From Mobula hypostoma (Eukaryota), in the NCBI RefSeq assembly GCF_963921235.1, contig NC_086108.1:82586001-82650000 (forward strand): a stretch of 64,000 nucleotides of DNA, written 5' to 3'. The number at the start of each line of letters is the position of its first letter. Position 1 is the stretch's first letter. The notes beneath the pieces are model-generated. The model saw only the letters and a program-made list of their open reading frames with translations. It had not been told where the DNA came from and searched no databases. Below, piece by piece: positions 22,476 to 36,019 of this stretch. The translations under genes were made by a program, and so were the position numbers.

Positions 22476-24279
22476 TCACATTATTGATATCCCTTTACTT
22501 GCCTTCATCTCTTCATGTCAAGTGAAGCCCATGGACCTCTGCACCTTCCCAGATGGACTGATACAGGGTTCCTTTTGTGTCCAACCCTTAAATATAGTAT
22601 TTCCTATAACTTTGCCAGGGTCTGTCTAAGTGGCAGTGTCTTATTCCAAATTCACTCAACTTGTGCAGGGGTTCACCCTCAATCTGTTGATGAAGGTGAA
22701 TGGTTTTTGACCTGAGATGGACTGAGCCCTAGCAGCAGAATACCTTTCCATTAAGACACTGTAGTTTCCAAGATTACTCAACAACAACCCTTTGGTGTTT
22801 GAGAAAAACTCAGCATATCAGGGTTTGAAGCTTTTCAGTTGTAAGTAGTAATTGTGTGTCATATCGACAGATTATTCTAGCATTAGTGGGATTAGTATAG
22901 ATTGACAAAATGGTTGTAGGCCCTGTTTTCTATGGTGTACAACTCTATGAGGCTAAGATCCTAAGGAACTGGGCAGGGTAAGAATGTCCATGCAGTAGTT
23001 AGTTTACCTAAGGGAAGGAAGGATTTGTTGAATGTAGATTTCCCAAGCCTCTCAGCTTCATTGTGCTCTAATAGTGTACAGAGCAGTGGGTCTTTATAAA
23101 TGTTCCATTAACATGCATAACAAATATCTTTGCTTTCCAGGATGACCTGCAATGAGGTGAGGAGGCCATTTGTTCACCTTTTTTGGAGAACTTTGTTAAT
23201 GGAAAAATATGGTCACAAGATGGGAAGAAATTCATATTTTCTTTTAGGTGATGCCATGGATTTTTTTTTAACATCCAGCAGCAAAATAAATGGGATCCTG
23301 AGGGAATCCTGATTAATTGGGAACAACCTTATTCAAGCTCATTTGTACAACTTCAATGTTGCTTTTTTTTCTTCGTGGCATGATTGTTCCTTAGTAAGCA
23401 CTACATATCTACTGCCAATGGAACTTTGGCCTAATTTTTTCATATTCATATTTTATAGTATCCAAATAGGTCACTCTGTAGGGAAGCAGTGATCATAGCT
23501 TCCCTGAACACTATTTCAACCCTCTCTTTGTTCAACTCTAGTAATCTGTAAGGAGCAGATAGGTCTTTTGTTGTCCTGATTCAATCCATTTATATGAATT
23601 GCATTATATCCCCTCTTTCTCGTTGACCTCTTGTTTATTCATTATCCCTATAGTTGCAAATATCTCCCCATTAAGCACAGAGTTAACTGTACTTTTTTAC
23701 AGTTGAATACTGATTATTTATAATACATAATTCTATAGAGTCTAAGTCACCCAATAAAATTTGCTGTGCTATGTCTAGTCTACACCTGGTTTGTTTGATA
23801 ATAAAAAAAGATGCCATCATTCTGAGCAAAGTATCACCATCTTGTTGGTTGAAGAGACAGACATACATAATAACACCTCTCCAACTTTCAGCAATGTTGT
23901 GTACATCATCTTCCTCTGATGCATCATAATCATTGTTCAGCTGGAAGATTTCTCCCTGTTTGGTCTTATTCTTACCTATTTCATTATGGCCAAAGCAGCT
24001 TTAGTAATGGGATTTCTTCCTCCCTCTGTTTCGGTCTAGGGTTGTCCTAGGCTGCTCCCTAATATTGGCCTCTCCATGGTAACATCAATATAAGACTATA
24101 AGATATAGGAGCAGAGAGATGTTGATGACAGTTTTTCCTCACTTTCTTTTTGTACTTGTATTGCTAGCCATGTAAGTCCAACTGTTTATTTATGTCAGCT
24201 TGACTTAGTTAGATCACAATCCAGTTTAATTCTGAGCATTAATATCCTCTCCATCAAAGTTCCACTGATTCCCACCTCT

Positions 24280-25405
24280 ATAAGACCATAAAATTTTAGA
24301 GCAGAATTAGGCCTTATGGCCTATCGAGTCTCCTCTGTCATTTCATCATGGCCCATCCAATTTTCCTCTCAGCCTCAGTCTTCTGCCTTCTCTTTGTATC
24401 TCTTTATGTCCTAAACAATCAAGAATCTATCAGCCTCTGATTAAATATACATAAAGACTTGGCCTCCACATCTGCCCGTGGCAAAGAATTCCACAGATTC
24501 ACTACTCTGGCCATAGAAATTCCTCCTAAACTCTGTTCTAAAAGAATGCTCCACTATTCTGAGGCTGTGCCCTCTGGTCTTGGACTGTAAACTTTGAAAC
24601 AAAGCCCTCAATTCCATCATCCAAATCATTAACATATAATGTAAAAAGAGTCACTGGCAGCCTGTCAGAAAAGGCTCCTTTTGTTCCCACTCTTTACCTC
24701 CTGCCAATCAGCAACTGTTTTATCCATGCTAGAATCTTTCCTGTAATACCATGGGCTCGTAGCTTGTTAAACAGCCTCATGTGTGGCACCTTGTCAAAGG
24801 CCTTCTGAAAATCTAAGTACACTACATTTTTCTTTGGCTGCCCTGCTTGTTACTTCTTCAAAGAATTCCAACAGATTTGTCAGGCAAGATTTTCCCTTGA
24901 GGAAACCATGCTAACTACAGCCTATTTTATCATGTGCCTCCAAGTACCCTGAGATCTCATAATTAATAATCGACTCCAACATCTTCCCAGCCACTGAGGT
25001 TCGACTAACTGGCATATAATTTCCTTTCTTCTGCTTCTTTCCCTTTTTGAAGCATGGAGTGACATTTTTACAATTTTCCAGTCTACCGGAACCATTCCAG
25101 AATCTAGTGATTCTTGAAAGATCATTACTAATGCTTCCACGATCTCTTCAGCCACCTCTTTCAGAACTCTGGGATATATACCATCTGGTCCAGGTGACTT
25201 ATCTACCTTCAGACCTTTCAGTTTCCAAGAACATTCTCTCTAGTTCATACCCCCTGACTCCTGGAACCATACTGCTGGTGTTCTCCACAGTGAAGACTGA
25301 TGCAAAATACATATTCAGTTCATCTGCTATTTCATTGTCCCCCATTACTACCTCTCCAGCATTCTTTTCCAGCTGTCTGATGTCCACTCTCACCTTTCTT
25401 TTACA
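24280..25405 (-). mobile_element. Internally deleted CR1 LINE in dmbx1 intron 1
   Basis: ORF remnants EIADELNMYFASVFTVE, EEIVEALVMIFQESLDSGMVPVDWK and KTRGHSLRI. Confidence 0.85.
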
Positions 25406-27154
25406 TTCTAATGTCACTTCATTTCCAATCCAGATGCAAAAGAAACCCTCATCAAATTTTGCCATCTTCAAACTTAAAGTCATTTCAAAGAAAATCAGGT
25501 GCAATCTTCTCTGAATCACTTGTAAGCACCTCTGAAAATTAAAATTGGTGTTATTGTTTCACAGCCTCAAAGCAATCAACTCAAACAGTAATTCACAAAA
25601 AGCTCAACTTAATAATAGCTGGAAAATCCTATCAGCACAGTTTGATGTGTGATTGATTTTGTTCTCCTTACTAGATAACAAAACAATATTATGGGGTTGC
25701 CTTTTCTACTCTGCATAATTGATCAAATGGAAAATACCAGCAGGTCCATTAACCCTACTCCATACCGTCATGGCACAAAAGGTATCATCATCTGGGGTGC
25801 ATTCTACTGACAACTGAAAACAGGCCAAACATTCCAGTCCAATTTGGAAAGATAATAAAAAGCAAACTACCTCTGACCTACCAATATGGGGAAATAAAAA
25901 TAGGAACGTATCTCTCCCCTTCAAAAGGAATTAAAACAAAATACATAAACTGAAACTATTAAAACAAAGATAGATCTTTTTCTACAGATGCTGTCATGGT
26001 CATCTCCATGGGCTGAGGCTGAGACAACTGCCCTGGTTGCTGTGCTCTGTGCCTGCTAATATGATGAGTTGGCCTAGTCTGGGCTGTTCTGGGATTCAAA
26101 TCTGAGGACTCAATTTTATTTCAGAATGCTTTTGCTCGCTTCAATTGTTTGCACGATTTGCATTTTTTTCTTCCTCTTGTGCATTGAGTGTTGGTCTTTT
26201 ATTTTTTTTAATTCTTTTTTCTTTAATTAGGTTCTTTCAGGTTTCTTGCTTTGTGGCTACCCATGAGCAGGCAAATCTCAAGGCTGTATAACTTGTACAT
26301 TATTTGATAACAAATGACTCTGGAACCTTGAATCTTGCCTGACCTGCTGACTATTTTGAACACTCTCTGTTTCCAGTACACATAAACATCAGGAGATACA
26401 TTATTCAACACCTTACTACACTGTAATATCCACAAGTGCCTGGAACACACACCACTTTGTATACCTTGCAATGAGTTTGCACTCACTGCATCAGTTAGTT
26501 AGCACCTTGCTTCCCTCAGCTTAAGAAAGCCGCCATCCTCATCACCACTCACAAAGTCAAAATTAGTTTGTTTCTTTATTGGGACTATTCATAAATGACA
26601 CAAAAATTTGGGAACATACTGGAAATTTGAATGATAAACAGATGTTCTATATTGCCTGCTTCTCCAAAGTTTTTCAAATCCAAATAATTTGCATGAACAA
26701 AATTTCGTCCTTTTAATCTTTCCAGATTCCAGCTGCTCCATATCACCTTCGAATGTGATTGTTTATCAAGTGTAAGTAGCTTCTCAAATTTCCTGTCATT
26801 TATTAATGCTGATATTTCTCAAACACCCTCATCAAATTATTAATAAGGATTATGAATGCCAATTGGCCTGCCTTACTTCCTGCTGTTCTCTATGCAAATT
26901 TTCTATCTAAGACAACAATCCGTTGTCTGGGGAATGCAACTAATTTCTTAATCAAATCAGGATCTTTCTACTAGTCTGACTGGTTTTTATAATTGTGGGT
27001 AGTCTTTTCTTGTGGCAGTTTGTCATATAACAATCCAACCACACATCTGGATATGTTCAATCCACCAAAATAGTAACTTGCTCAAAAATTACAACCATTT
27101 GGTAATCATATCCCTTACTTTTCTAGAAGTCATATAGATAATGTCTGATATTAG

Positions 27155-29432
27155 TACTAGTTAATGAATCGGGTCAGGTCACAGATCTCTGAGTGGGGGA
27201 GCATCTGGGGGACAGTGACCACCGCTCCCTGGCCTTTATAATTATCATGGAAAAAGATAGAATCAAAGAGGACAGGAAAATTTTTAATTGGGGAAAGGCA
27301 AATTATGAGGCTATACGGCTAGAACTTGCGGGTGTGAATTGGGATGATGTTTTTGCAGGGAAATGTACTATGGACATGTGGTCGATGTTTAGAGATCTCT
27401 TGCGGGATGTAAGTGATAAATTTGTCCCGGTGAGGAAGATAAAGAATGGTAGGGTGAAGGAACCATGGGTGACAAGTGAGGTGGAAAATCTAGTCAGGAG
27501 GAAGAAGGCAGCATACATGAGGTTTAGGAAGCAAGGATCAGATGGGTCTATTGACGAATATAGGGAAGCAAGAAAAGAGCTTAAGAAGAGGCTGAGAAGA
27601 GCAAGAAGGGGGCATGAGAAGGCCTTGGCGAGTAGCGTAAAGGAAAACCCCAAGGCATTCTTCAATTATGTGAAGAAAAAAAGAATGACAGGAGTGAAGG
27701 TAGGACCGATTAGAGATAAAGGTGGGAAGATGTGCCAGGAGGCTGTGGAAGTGAGCGAGGTCCTCAATGAATACTTCTCTTCGGTATTCACCAATGAGAG
27801 GGAACTTGATGATGGTGAAGACAATATGAGTGAGGTTGATGTTCTGGAGCATGTTGATATTAAGGGAGAGGAGGTGTTGGACTTGTTAAAATACATTAGG
27901 ACAGATAAGTCCCCGGGGCCTGACGGAATATTCCCCAGGCTGCTCCACGAGGCGAGAGAAGAGATTGCTGAGCCTCTGGCTAGGATTTTTATGTCCTCGT
28001 TGTCCACGGGAATGGTACCAGAGGATTGGAGGGAGGCGAATGTTGTCCCCTTGTTCAAAAAAGGTAGTAGGGGTAGTCCGGGTAATTATAGACCAGTGAG
28101 CCTTACGTCTGTGGTGGGAAAGCTGTTGGAAAAGATTCTTAGAGATAGGATCTATAGGCATTTAGAGAATCATGGTCTGATCAGGGACAGTCAGCATGGC
28201 TTTGTGAAGGGCAGATCGTGTCTAACAAGCCTGATAAGAGTTCTTTGAGGAGGTGACCAGGCATATAGATGAGGGTAGTGCAGTGGATGTGATCTATATG
28301 GATTTTAGTAAGGCATTTGACAAGGTTCCACACGGTAGGCTTATTCAGAAAGTTAGAAGGCATGGGATCCAGGGAAGTTTGGCCAGGTGGATTCAGAACT
28401 GGCTTGCCTGCAGAAGGCAGAGGGTGGTGGTGGAGGGAGTACATTCAGATTGGAGGATTGTGACTAGTGATGTCCCACAAGGATCTGTTCTGGGGCCTCT
28501 ACTTTTCGTGATTTTTATTAACGACCTGGATGTGGGGGTAGAAGGGTGGGTTGGCAAGTTTGCAGACGACACAAAGGTTGGTGGTGTTGTAGATAGTGTA
28601 GAGGATTGTCAAAGGTTGCAGAGAGACATTGATAGGATGCAGAAGTGGGCTGAGAAGTGGCAGATGGAGTTCAACCCGGAGAAGTGTGAGGTGGTACACT
28701 TTGGAAGGACAAACTCCAAGGCAGAGTACAAAGTAAATGGCAGGATACTTGATAGTGTGGAGGAGCAGAGGGATCTCGGGGTACATGTCCACAGATCCCT
28801 GAAAGTTGCCTCACAGGTGAATAGGGTAGTTAAGAAAGCTTATAGGGTGTTAGCTTTCATAAATCGAGGGATAGAGTTTAAGAGTCGTGATGTAATGATG
28901 CAGCTCTATAAAACTCCGGTTAGGCCATACTTGGAGTACTGTGTCCAGTTCTGGTCACCTCACTATAGGAAGGATGTGGAAGCATTGGAAAGGGTGCAGA
29001 GTAGATTTACCAGGATGCTGCCTGGTTTAGAAAGTATGCATTATGATCAGAGATTAAGGGAGCTAGGGCTTTACTCTTTGGAGAGAAGGAGGATGAGAGG
29101 AGACATGATGGAGGTGTACAAGATAATAAGAGGATTAGATAGAGTGGATAGCCAGCGCCTCTTCCCCAGGGCACCACTGCTCAATACAAGAGGACATGGC
29201 TTTAATGTAAGGGGTGGGAAGTTCAAGGGGGATATTAGAGGAGTGGTTGGTGCGTGGAATGCACTGCCTGAGTCAGTGGTGGAGGCAGATACACTAGTGA
29301 AGTTTAAGAGACTACTAGACAGGTGTATGGAGGAATCTAAGGTGGGGGCTTATATGGGAGGCAGGGTTTGAGGGTCGGCACAACATTGTGGGCTGAAGGG
29401 CCTGTACTGTGCTGTACTATTCTATATTCTAT
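27155..29432 (+). mobile_element. Young 5'-truncated CR1 LINE (end of endonuclease plus RT), one frameshift near 28240
   Basis: ORFs of 351 aa and 372 aa with GDSDH, KSPGPDGI, NYRPVSLTSVVGK, MDFSKAFDKV, PQGSVLGP and KFADDTK; (tattc)-like tail. Confidence 0.95.
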
Positions 29433-30529
29433 ATCCCTGCTAACCGCAAGTGATCATAATTGGGGACACAGCCTGATCCATTTCAGACTTATCTTTTTCA
29501 AAACAATATCCACATGCTCTTTGACATTTCCAACTTTAGAGTCAACTTTCCTTTGCATTATTAGAGACTCTTTTGTTGTGTGGGAGACAAATTCTCCACG
29601 GCACAGCAGGAATCTAATTTAATGTTGAAAGAGATACTGTAAAAATCTTAAGCATTCATGGAACCATTACATCATGAAAGGAAGACAGTTAGCTCAACAG
29701 TTTCTCTTATCTTTTCATAGTCTTGCAGTTGTTTTAATCTTAATATATTTATCTAGTTAACAATCTAAACATACAGGCTACACGTTCTGGATAATAATAG
29801 CTCACTCCATACCTATTCAAGAAATATTCAATATTGATCTTTTGGCTGTCAATGAAACTTAATACCCATCTACGTTGTTTGGAGGACTGTTTTGCTTTAG
29901 CCGACAGAAGTTTTCTGTCTAAGCCTGATTTGATTTTGCACTTGATTGGTTAGACATTTTGACTTTTGCTTTACCAAATGCAATTGACTCTGGGGATATA
30001 CATGGCTTCCTTTTTGTATTAAAGTAGTTTAAAAGACATTCCATTTCTCATCTGTGTTGATAATGTGTCTGCCCCATAGGTTGAAAAATTCTCTGAATTA
30101 TATTCGATATCTCCATTAGATAATCTTTCAGATGCCTCTTCATCTGTAAAGCTTAATTTGCTCCACTCATTCTTCAGTCAGTTTATGCCTATGCTCTGAA
30201 TTACATTAAAAGCTTTAGTATTTCCAAAAGATCCTATTCTTAACTGAACGAAGGCTGTCTGACCAGCACGTTTTTCAACTTTCTTACAACTTCTTCTGCT
30301 AGCAGTAATCTGCTGCTTTGGTATTTTCAGCATTCTATTTTTAGTGTGTGCTGATGATGTTGATTGTTAGTTCATGTTCATTGAGCATGTTGACTGCATT
30401 AAGACTATTGGTGTTGCTTTTGTGTTGTACTTTGCTATTACAACAAATTGTTAATTTTTAGTCACATATAGATTTTATATTTATCTTTTCTAGGTTTCTC
30501 TTGCCATCTGTGATATCTTTACATTGATG

Positions 30530-31040
30530 CATCATAGAGTCATACTTCACAGATACTGGCCCACAAGCCTCCAAATCAATGCTGGTCATTAAAAAGCAAT
30601 CCTGATAGGTAGTACTTGGCCTGTAGCATTTTTTGCTCTGGGGATCCAAGTGGTTCTGTAAAATATTGTGAGAGTGCTTACCTCTACCACCAACTCAGGC
30701 AGTGCATTCCCGGTCACACCCATTCTCTGGGTGAAGGAGTTTTTCAGGCGCCTTCTAAACCTTTTAATCCCTTTATTTTTAGATCCCTCTGCTATGGGGA
30801 AGAGCTTCCAACCTTCTAACCAATCCATACTTCCCATATTTCATTACACTTCTATCAGGTTGTCCTTAACCTCCTCCATTACAAGGAAAACAAAGACAAC
30901 CTGCTCCATATTTCCTCAAAATTGAATTATAGGGTAACATCCTGGCCAATCTTCTCTGTGCCCTTTTCAGTGCAATCATGACCTTCCTATGGTGTGGAGG
31001 TCATCTGTGGCCTAACCAATGTTTTACAAAGTTGTACCAT
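30530..31040 (-). mobile_element. Degenerate CR1 3' end
   Basis: KLFPIAEG..NSFTQRM..NALPELVVE remnant. Confidence 0.65.
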
Positions 31041-31109
31041 ACTGGCTCCTTTGCTAGGAATATTTCTGTGAGAATGATTTAACATCTGCTATCCTCGGCA
31101 AGCACATTG

Positions 31110-31442
31110 AGTCATAGAGAGATGGACTCCTGTGTCAAACATCTACAATGACTGCCAAGTTCCCACTTACATTAATCTTACACTAAATGCATTTAATTCC
31201 ACCACCCCCACACCACACACACTCTCGTCAACTTCCCTCACATTTTACCACTCACTTTCATAATGGGGCAATTGACAGTGGCCAGGTAGCCACCAAACTG
31301 CAGGTCTTTGGGACATTGGAGGGAACTTGTGCAATCACAGGGCAAATGTGCAAACTCTACACAGAGAGCACTGGAGATCAGGACTGAACACAAGTTACTG
31401 GAGATATAAGCAGCTTTATTAACCATGTGACTGTGCTGCCTC
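31110..31442 (-). mobile_element. Degenerate V-SINE
   Basis: gagtttgcacatttgccctgtga and caaagacctgcag motifs on the minus strand. Confidence 0.55.
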
Positions 31443-31602
31443 TCCGATCTTCCCTCCGTCCTTTCCAGTGCAATCATGTTGCTTCCGATCCTCTTGCCAG
31501 TGCTAATCATTTTCAGATATCACCATTTTGCACTGAGCTTTTGAATATTTAACAGTTGCAAGAGAAATTTAAAGTTTAAAGGAACTGACATAAGTATCTT
31601 AC

Positions 31603-31756
31603 CAGCCAGCCTCTCTGCCAGAGTCAGTGCATGAACAGATGGTCTGTAGTCAGGGGCATGCTGTGCTTGTTGTGCTGCCTGCTGGTGAAGATTATACATG
31701 GCACTCAGAGAGTTCATGGCATGAAGGGAATAACCATTGACCCCGTAATGCTGCAT
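31603..31756 (-). CDS. dmbx1: Diencephalon/mesencephalon homeobox 1, coding exon 1 ([51 protein letters not shown])
   Basis: Matches the vertebrate DMBX1 N-terminus as I recall it. Kozak-like GCAGCCATG with ATG at 31756. Upstream acceptor tttctctcag lies 12 nt before the ATG (exon starts at 31768). Donor G|gtaaga at 31602. 154 nt, phase 1. Confidence 0.97.
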
Positions 31757-31949
31757 GGCTGCCAGTCTCTGAGAGAAACAGCAAAGAGACAAATACTTCA
31801 GTGAATGGTTAGAATTTTAAACCATATTTAGTGTACCGATGTTTTATTATCGCTTATTATGTCATATAATACTCATAATGTGATGTGATTTAATAAAAAT
31901 GTGATCCTCAAGATATTTTTATGTTTATTTTTATATAACACTGTTCAAC

Positions 31950-33800
31950 ATAAGACTATAAGACTTAAGAGCAGAATTAGGCCATTCAGCCCATCGAGTC
32001 TGCTCCGCCATTCCATCATGGCTGATCCCGGATCCCACTCGACCCCATACACCTGCCCTCTCGCCGATCAGGAAAAGATGCTCTGACTGATCAGGAAAAG
32101 ATCAACTTTCATCTTAAATATACCTACGGACTTGGCCTCCACCGCAGTCTGTGGCAGAGCATTCCACAGATTCACTACTCTCTGGCTAAAAAAATTCCTC
32201 CTTATCTCTGCTTTAAAAGGTTGTCCGTCAATCTTGAGGCTGTGCCCTCTAGTTCTTTTAGCCCCACCATAGGAAACATCCTCTCCACATCCACCATACC
32301 TAGTCCTTTCAACAATCAGTAGGTTTCAATGTGATTCCCCCCCCCCCACATTCTTCTAAATTCCAGTGAGTGCAGGCCCAAAGCTGCCAAACGCTCCTCA
32401 GATGTTAACCCCTTCAGTCCTGGAATCATCCTCATGAACCTCCTCTGGACTCTCTCCAATAAGAGCATATCCTTTCTGAGATATGGGGCCTAAAACTGTT
32501 GACAATACTCCAAGTGCGGCCTGACTTGTGTTTTATAAAGCCTCGGCATTATCTGCTATTTTTAATATTCTATTCCCCTTGAAATGAATGCCAACATTAC
32601 AATTGCCTTCTTTACCACAGACTCAACCTGTAAGTTAACTTTCTGGGAGTCCTGCAAGAGGACTTCTAAGTCCCTCTGTGCCTCTGATGTTTGAACCTTC
32701 TCCCCATTTAGATATTAATTTGCATTATGTTCCTTATACCAAAATGCATTATCATACATTTCTCAACACTGTATTCCATCTTCCACCTTTTTGCCTTTTC
32801 TTCCAATTTGTCTGCGTTCTGCTGCAATCGGATTGCTTCCTCAGCAGTACCTACCCTTCCATCTATCTTCGTATCATCCACAACCTTTGGCACAAAGACA
32901 TCAATTCTATTGTCCAAATCGTTGACAAACAATGTAAAAAGTTGCAGTCCCAATACTGACCCCTGAGGAACACCACTAATCACTGGTAGCCAACCAGAAA
33001 AGGTCTCCTTTATTCCTACTGGCTGCCTGCTGCCTGTCAGCCATTCCTCTATCTGTGCCGGGATCTTTCCCGCAATGCCAAAGGATTTTATCTTATTAAG
33101 CAGCCTCATGTGTGGAACCTCATCAAATGCGTTCTGAAAATTCAAGTGACGTCCTTGGTCCACCCTGCTTGTTACTTCCTCAAATAACTCTAACCGATTT
33201 GTCAGGCAAGATTTCCCTTTACAGATACCATGCTGACTTTGATTTATTTTATCATGAGTCTCCAAGTACCCCGAAACCTCATCCTTAATAATAGACTTCA
33301 ACGCTTTCCCAACCACTGAGGTTAGGTTAACTGGCTTATGATTTCCTTTCTTTTACTTTCCTCCCTTCTTAAAGAGTGGAGTGACATTTTCAATCTTTCA
33401 GTTCTCCGGGACCATACCGGAATCAAGTGATTCTTGAAAAATCATGACCAATACATCTGTTATCTCTTGAGCAACTTCTTTCGAGAATCTGGGATGTAGT
33501 CCACCTGATAAGTCTAGGTGACTTACCCACCTTTTGACCTTTGAGTTTGCCTTGCACTTTCTCCTTTGTAATAGCAATGGCACTGACTCTGCTCCCTAAC
33601 ACTCAGGGACCTATGGCACACTGCTGGTGTCTGGCACTGTGAAGACCGATGCAAAATACCCATTAAGTTCATTTGCCATTTCTTTGTTCCCCCCCCCCAC
33701 TTTACTACCTCACCAGCATCATTTTCTAGAGGTCCAGTATCAACTCTCACCTCCCTTTTACTCTTGATATAACTGAAAAAACTTTTGGTGTCCAGCTTCA
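31950..33800 (-). mobile_element. CR1 LINE fragment immediately upstream of the dmbx1 ATG exon
   Basis: ORF 32708-33316 (SQHG..KGKSCLTN, GVPQGSVLG, VDDTK) plus adjacent remnants and the CR1 3'UTR. Confidence 0.9.
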
Positions 33801-33859
33801 GTAACTGATGCCAGAGGGAGGAAATTCACACAAATGAAAGCAGATATAAATCAGCAAAA

Positions 33860-33992
33860 GAGAGACACATGACTGTAGATGCTGGAATCCGGAGCAGAAA
33901 ATAAAGTGCTGGAAGAACTCATTGGGTCAAACAGCATCTGTGGAGGCAAAGGGATGGTCAAAGTTTCAGGTCAAGACCTTGTGTATGAACTG
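33860..33992 (-). mobile_element. Solo Penelope-like terminal repeat fragment
   Basis: gatgctggaatcc...gctggaagaactc...cagcatctgtggag matches the left arm of the 10569 element. Confidence 0.55.
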
Positions 33993-34069
33993 AGTGCATG
34001 AATATCTTCTGATGTGATTTAAGTTTATGCAACACAATTCATTTTGAGAAGATGTTGAGCAGTGTGATA

Positions 34070-34363
34070 TTTATTTATTTATTTATATTTGGAGATACAA
34101 TACTAACAGTCCCTTCCCGTGCAATGAGCTATGCGGACCAGCAACTCATCTATATAACCCTAGCCTAATCCCAGGACGAGTTACAATGATCAATTAACCT
34201 ACTAACTGGTATGTCTTTGGACTGTGGGAGGAAACCAGAGCCCCTGGAGGAAATCCACGCATTTCACGGGATAGGCGTCCAAACGTCTTACAGACAACAT
34301 TGGAATTGAACTCTGAGTCCAATGCCCCGAACTGTAATAGTGTCATGCTAACTGCTACGCTAA
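34070..34363 (-). mobile_element. V-SINE
   Basis: Same family as the 21250 and 3695 copies; (ttta)n tail on the plus strand. Confidence 0.75.
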
Positions 34364-34614
34364 ATTTAAGCAATTATGTAAATGAACTCTGAATTGCAGT
34401 GAAAGCCAGCCAAGTCAACGTTGCTGTATTTCACATGGCATGAACAGAGCTGCATCATTACCGAGCAACTAAAACGATGTGCTTAAAAATTTTACTGCTC
34501 TTCTTAAATCAACTTTCTGGTGGCAGCCCAATCAGTGAATTTGGACGTGGTACCCAGATGAATAACCTAGTAAAAAGACAAGAACGTTTATTCCTTTATT
34601 TTTAATAATTACTT

Positions 34615-35530
34615 CAAAATTCAAGGTTGTTTAATGTTATTTCCAATACACAAGTGTGAATATTGTAACTCTGGATCTGATGCAGCATATAAAAAAAACA
34701 CACTAAGATAAAGATAAAAAAATAAATATACTATAAATACATAAGATAGCTTATATACATAGATTTATTATATGTACATAAAGTGATGCTAGATACAGAA
34801 ATGTGTGTACATAAAGGCTGATTTATACTTGTGCGTCAAATCGACGCCGTAGGTACGGCGTAGCCACGAACCCTATGCAGTGCCTACACGGATCCCTACG
34901 CCGTAGCCTGACGCACACCTCTCCCAAAATGTAACTATGTGTCACGGCGACGCAGACCACAACAACTGTGATTGGTCCGCTTGGTAGCATCGCATTTCCT
35001 CCTACGCTGCAATAGCTTCCCATTGGGCGACTGAAGGACAGGGAAGGAACTCTGGCTGCAATGCTTTCCATAAAGCTTTACAGACCTCCGAAATTATGGA
35101 GGACACATTTCGCTTTTACCAAGAAAGACGCTCACTTTAAACTTGTTTACCCCGAGAAAGCCTACCAAAACCATGAAGCCTTGCACTGGCAGGTGTGTGG
35201 CATGCGTGACGTGTGCGAATTGCAGAGCGACGCAGACACACCAAAGCACAAGTATAAATGCTCACAATGGCGTTGCCCACTTGCATAGGCTACGGAGGAA
35301 GCTTGACGCACAAGTATAAATCAGCCTTTAGGTGACTGACGGGAAATGATAAAGTAGTGGTGCTGGGGTGGGTTAGTAGATGGAGGTGTTGATCAGCTTT
35401 ATTGTTTGGGGAAAGTAACTGTTTTTGAGTCTCGTGGTCCTGGTGTTGATGTCGCACAGCCTCCTCCCTGATGGGAGTGAGACAAACAGTCCATGAGCAG
35501 GATGGGTGGGATCCTTCATGACTTGATGAC
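34615..35530 (-). mobile_element. Rex-Babar-like LINE 3' end, host of the MITE
   Basis: KDPTHPAHGLFVSLPSGRRL..INTRTTRLKNSYFPQTIKLIN peptide (35373-35585). Confidence 0.7.
34815..35327. mobile_element. Non-autonomous DNA transposon (MITE), PIF/Harbinger-like
   Basis: Perfect 28-bp inverted repeat including flanks: taaaggctgatttatacttgtgcgtcaa (34812-34839) and ttgacgcacaagtataaatcagccttta (35303-35330). TAA/TTA-type flanks, no credible coding capacity. Confidence 0.85.
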
Positions 35531-36019
35531 AGGTAGGCCGGTGCTGGTGATGTTTTGGGCAGTGTGGACTGCCTGTGTATGACATGCTCCTTGGTGCTGG
35601 CCCAAGTACAGTGCTGAGGGAGAGATGTAGCAGTAGAATGAACAGTTGACAGACTTACAATAAGAACTGTACAGAACAAAAGGAAAAATAAAAAATGCTC
35701 GGCCAACAGGGCCACTAAATAAAACTCTCAAACAAAAATGTAACACTGTCACTGTGGGCCAGAAGTTGTAACTTAAAGTGAAATTAATACCGCTCCTTTG
35801 CAGCGTCAATTTAAATTTTATTCTTCCTTCCCAGAATGTACACTAAGGTAAGCATGGCACAGTACCGTTAAACTTTGGTCAAGGCTCAGCAAGACTAAAA
35901 CAAAAGGAAGGGAGTCAAGTATAACCATAAAGAAATCCTAATTGGCTGGAATGTGCATAGTCACGAGCGTGGTTCCTGACCCCTTTCAGCTGCCCTCCTG
36001 CCAGAGTCTGTGGTTGTGA

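Noticed and set aside
27303..28792. Several 87-130-aa minus-strand ORFs
   Set aside because: Antisense shadows of the CR1 ORF2.
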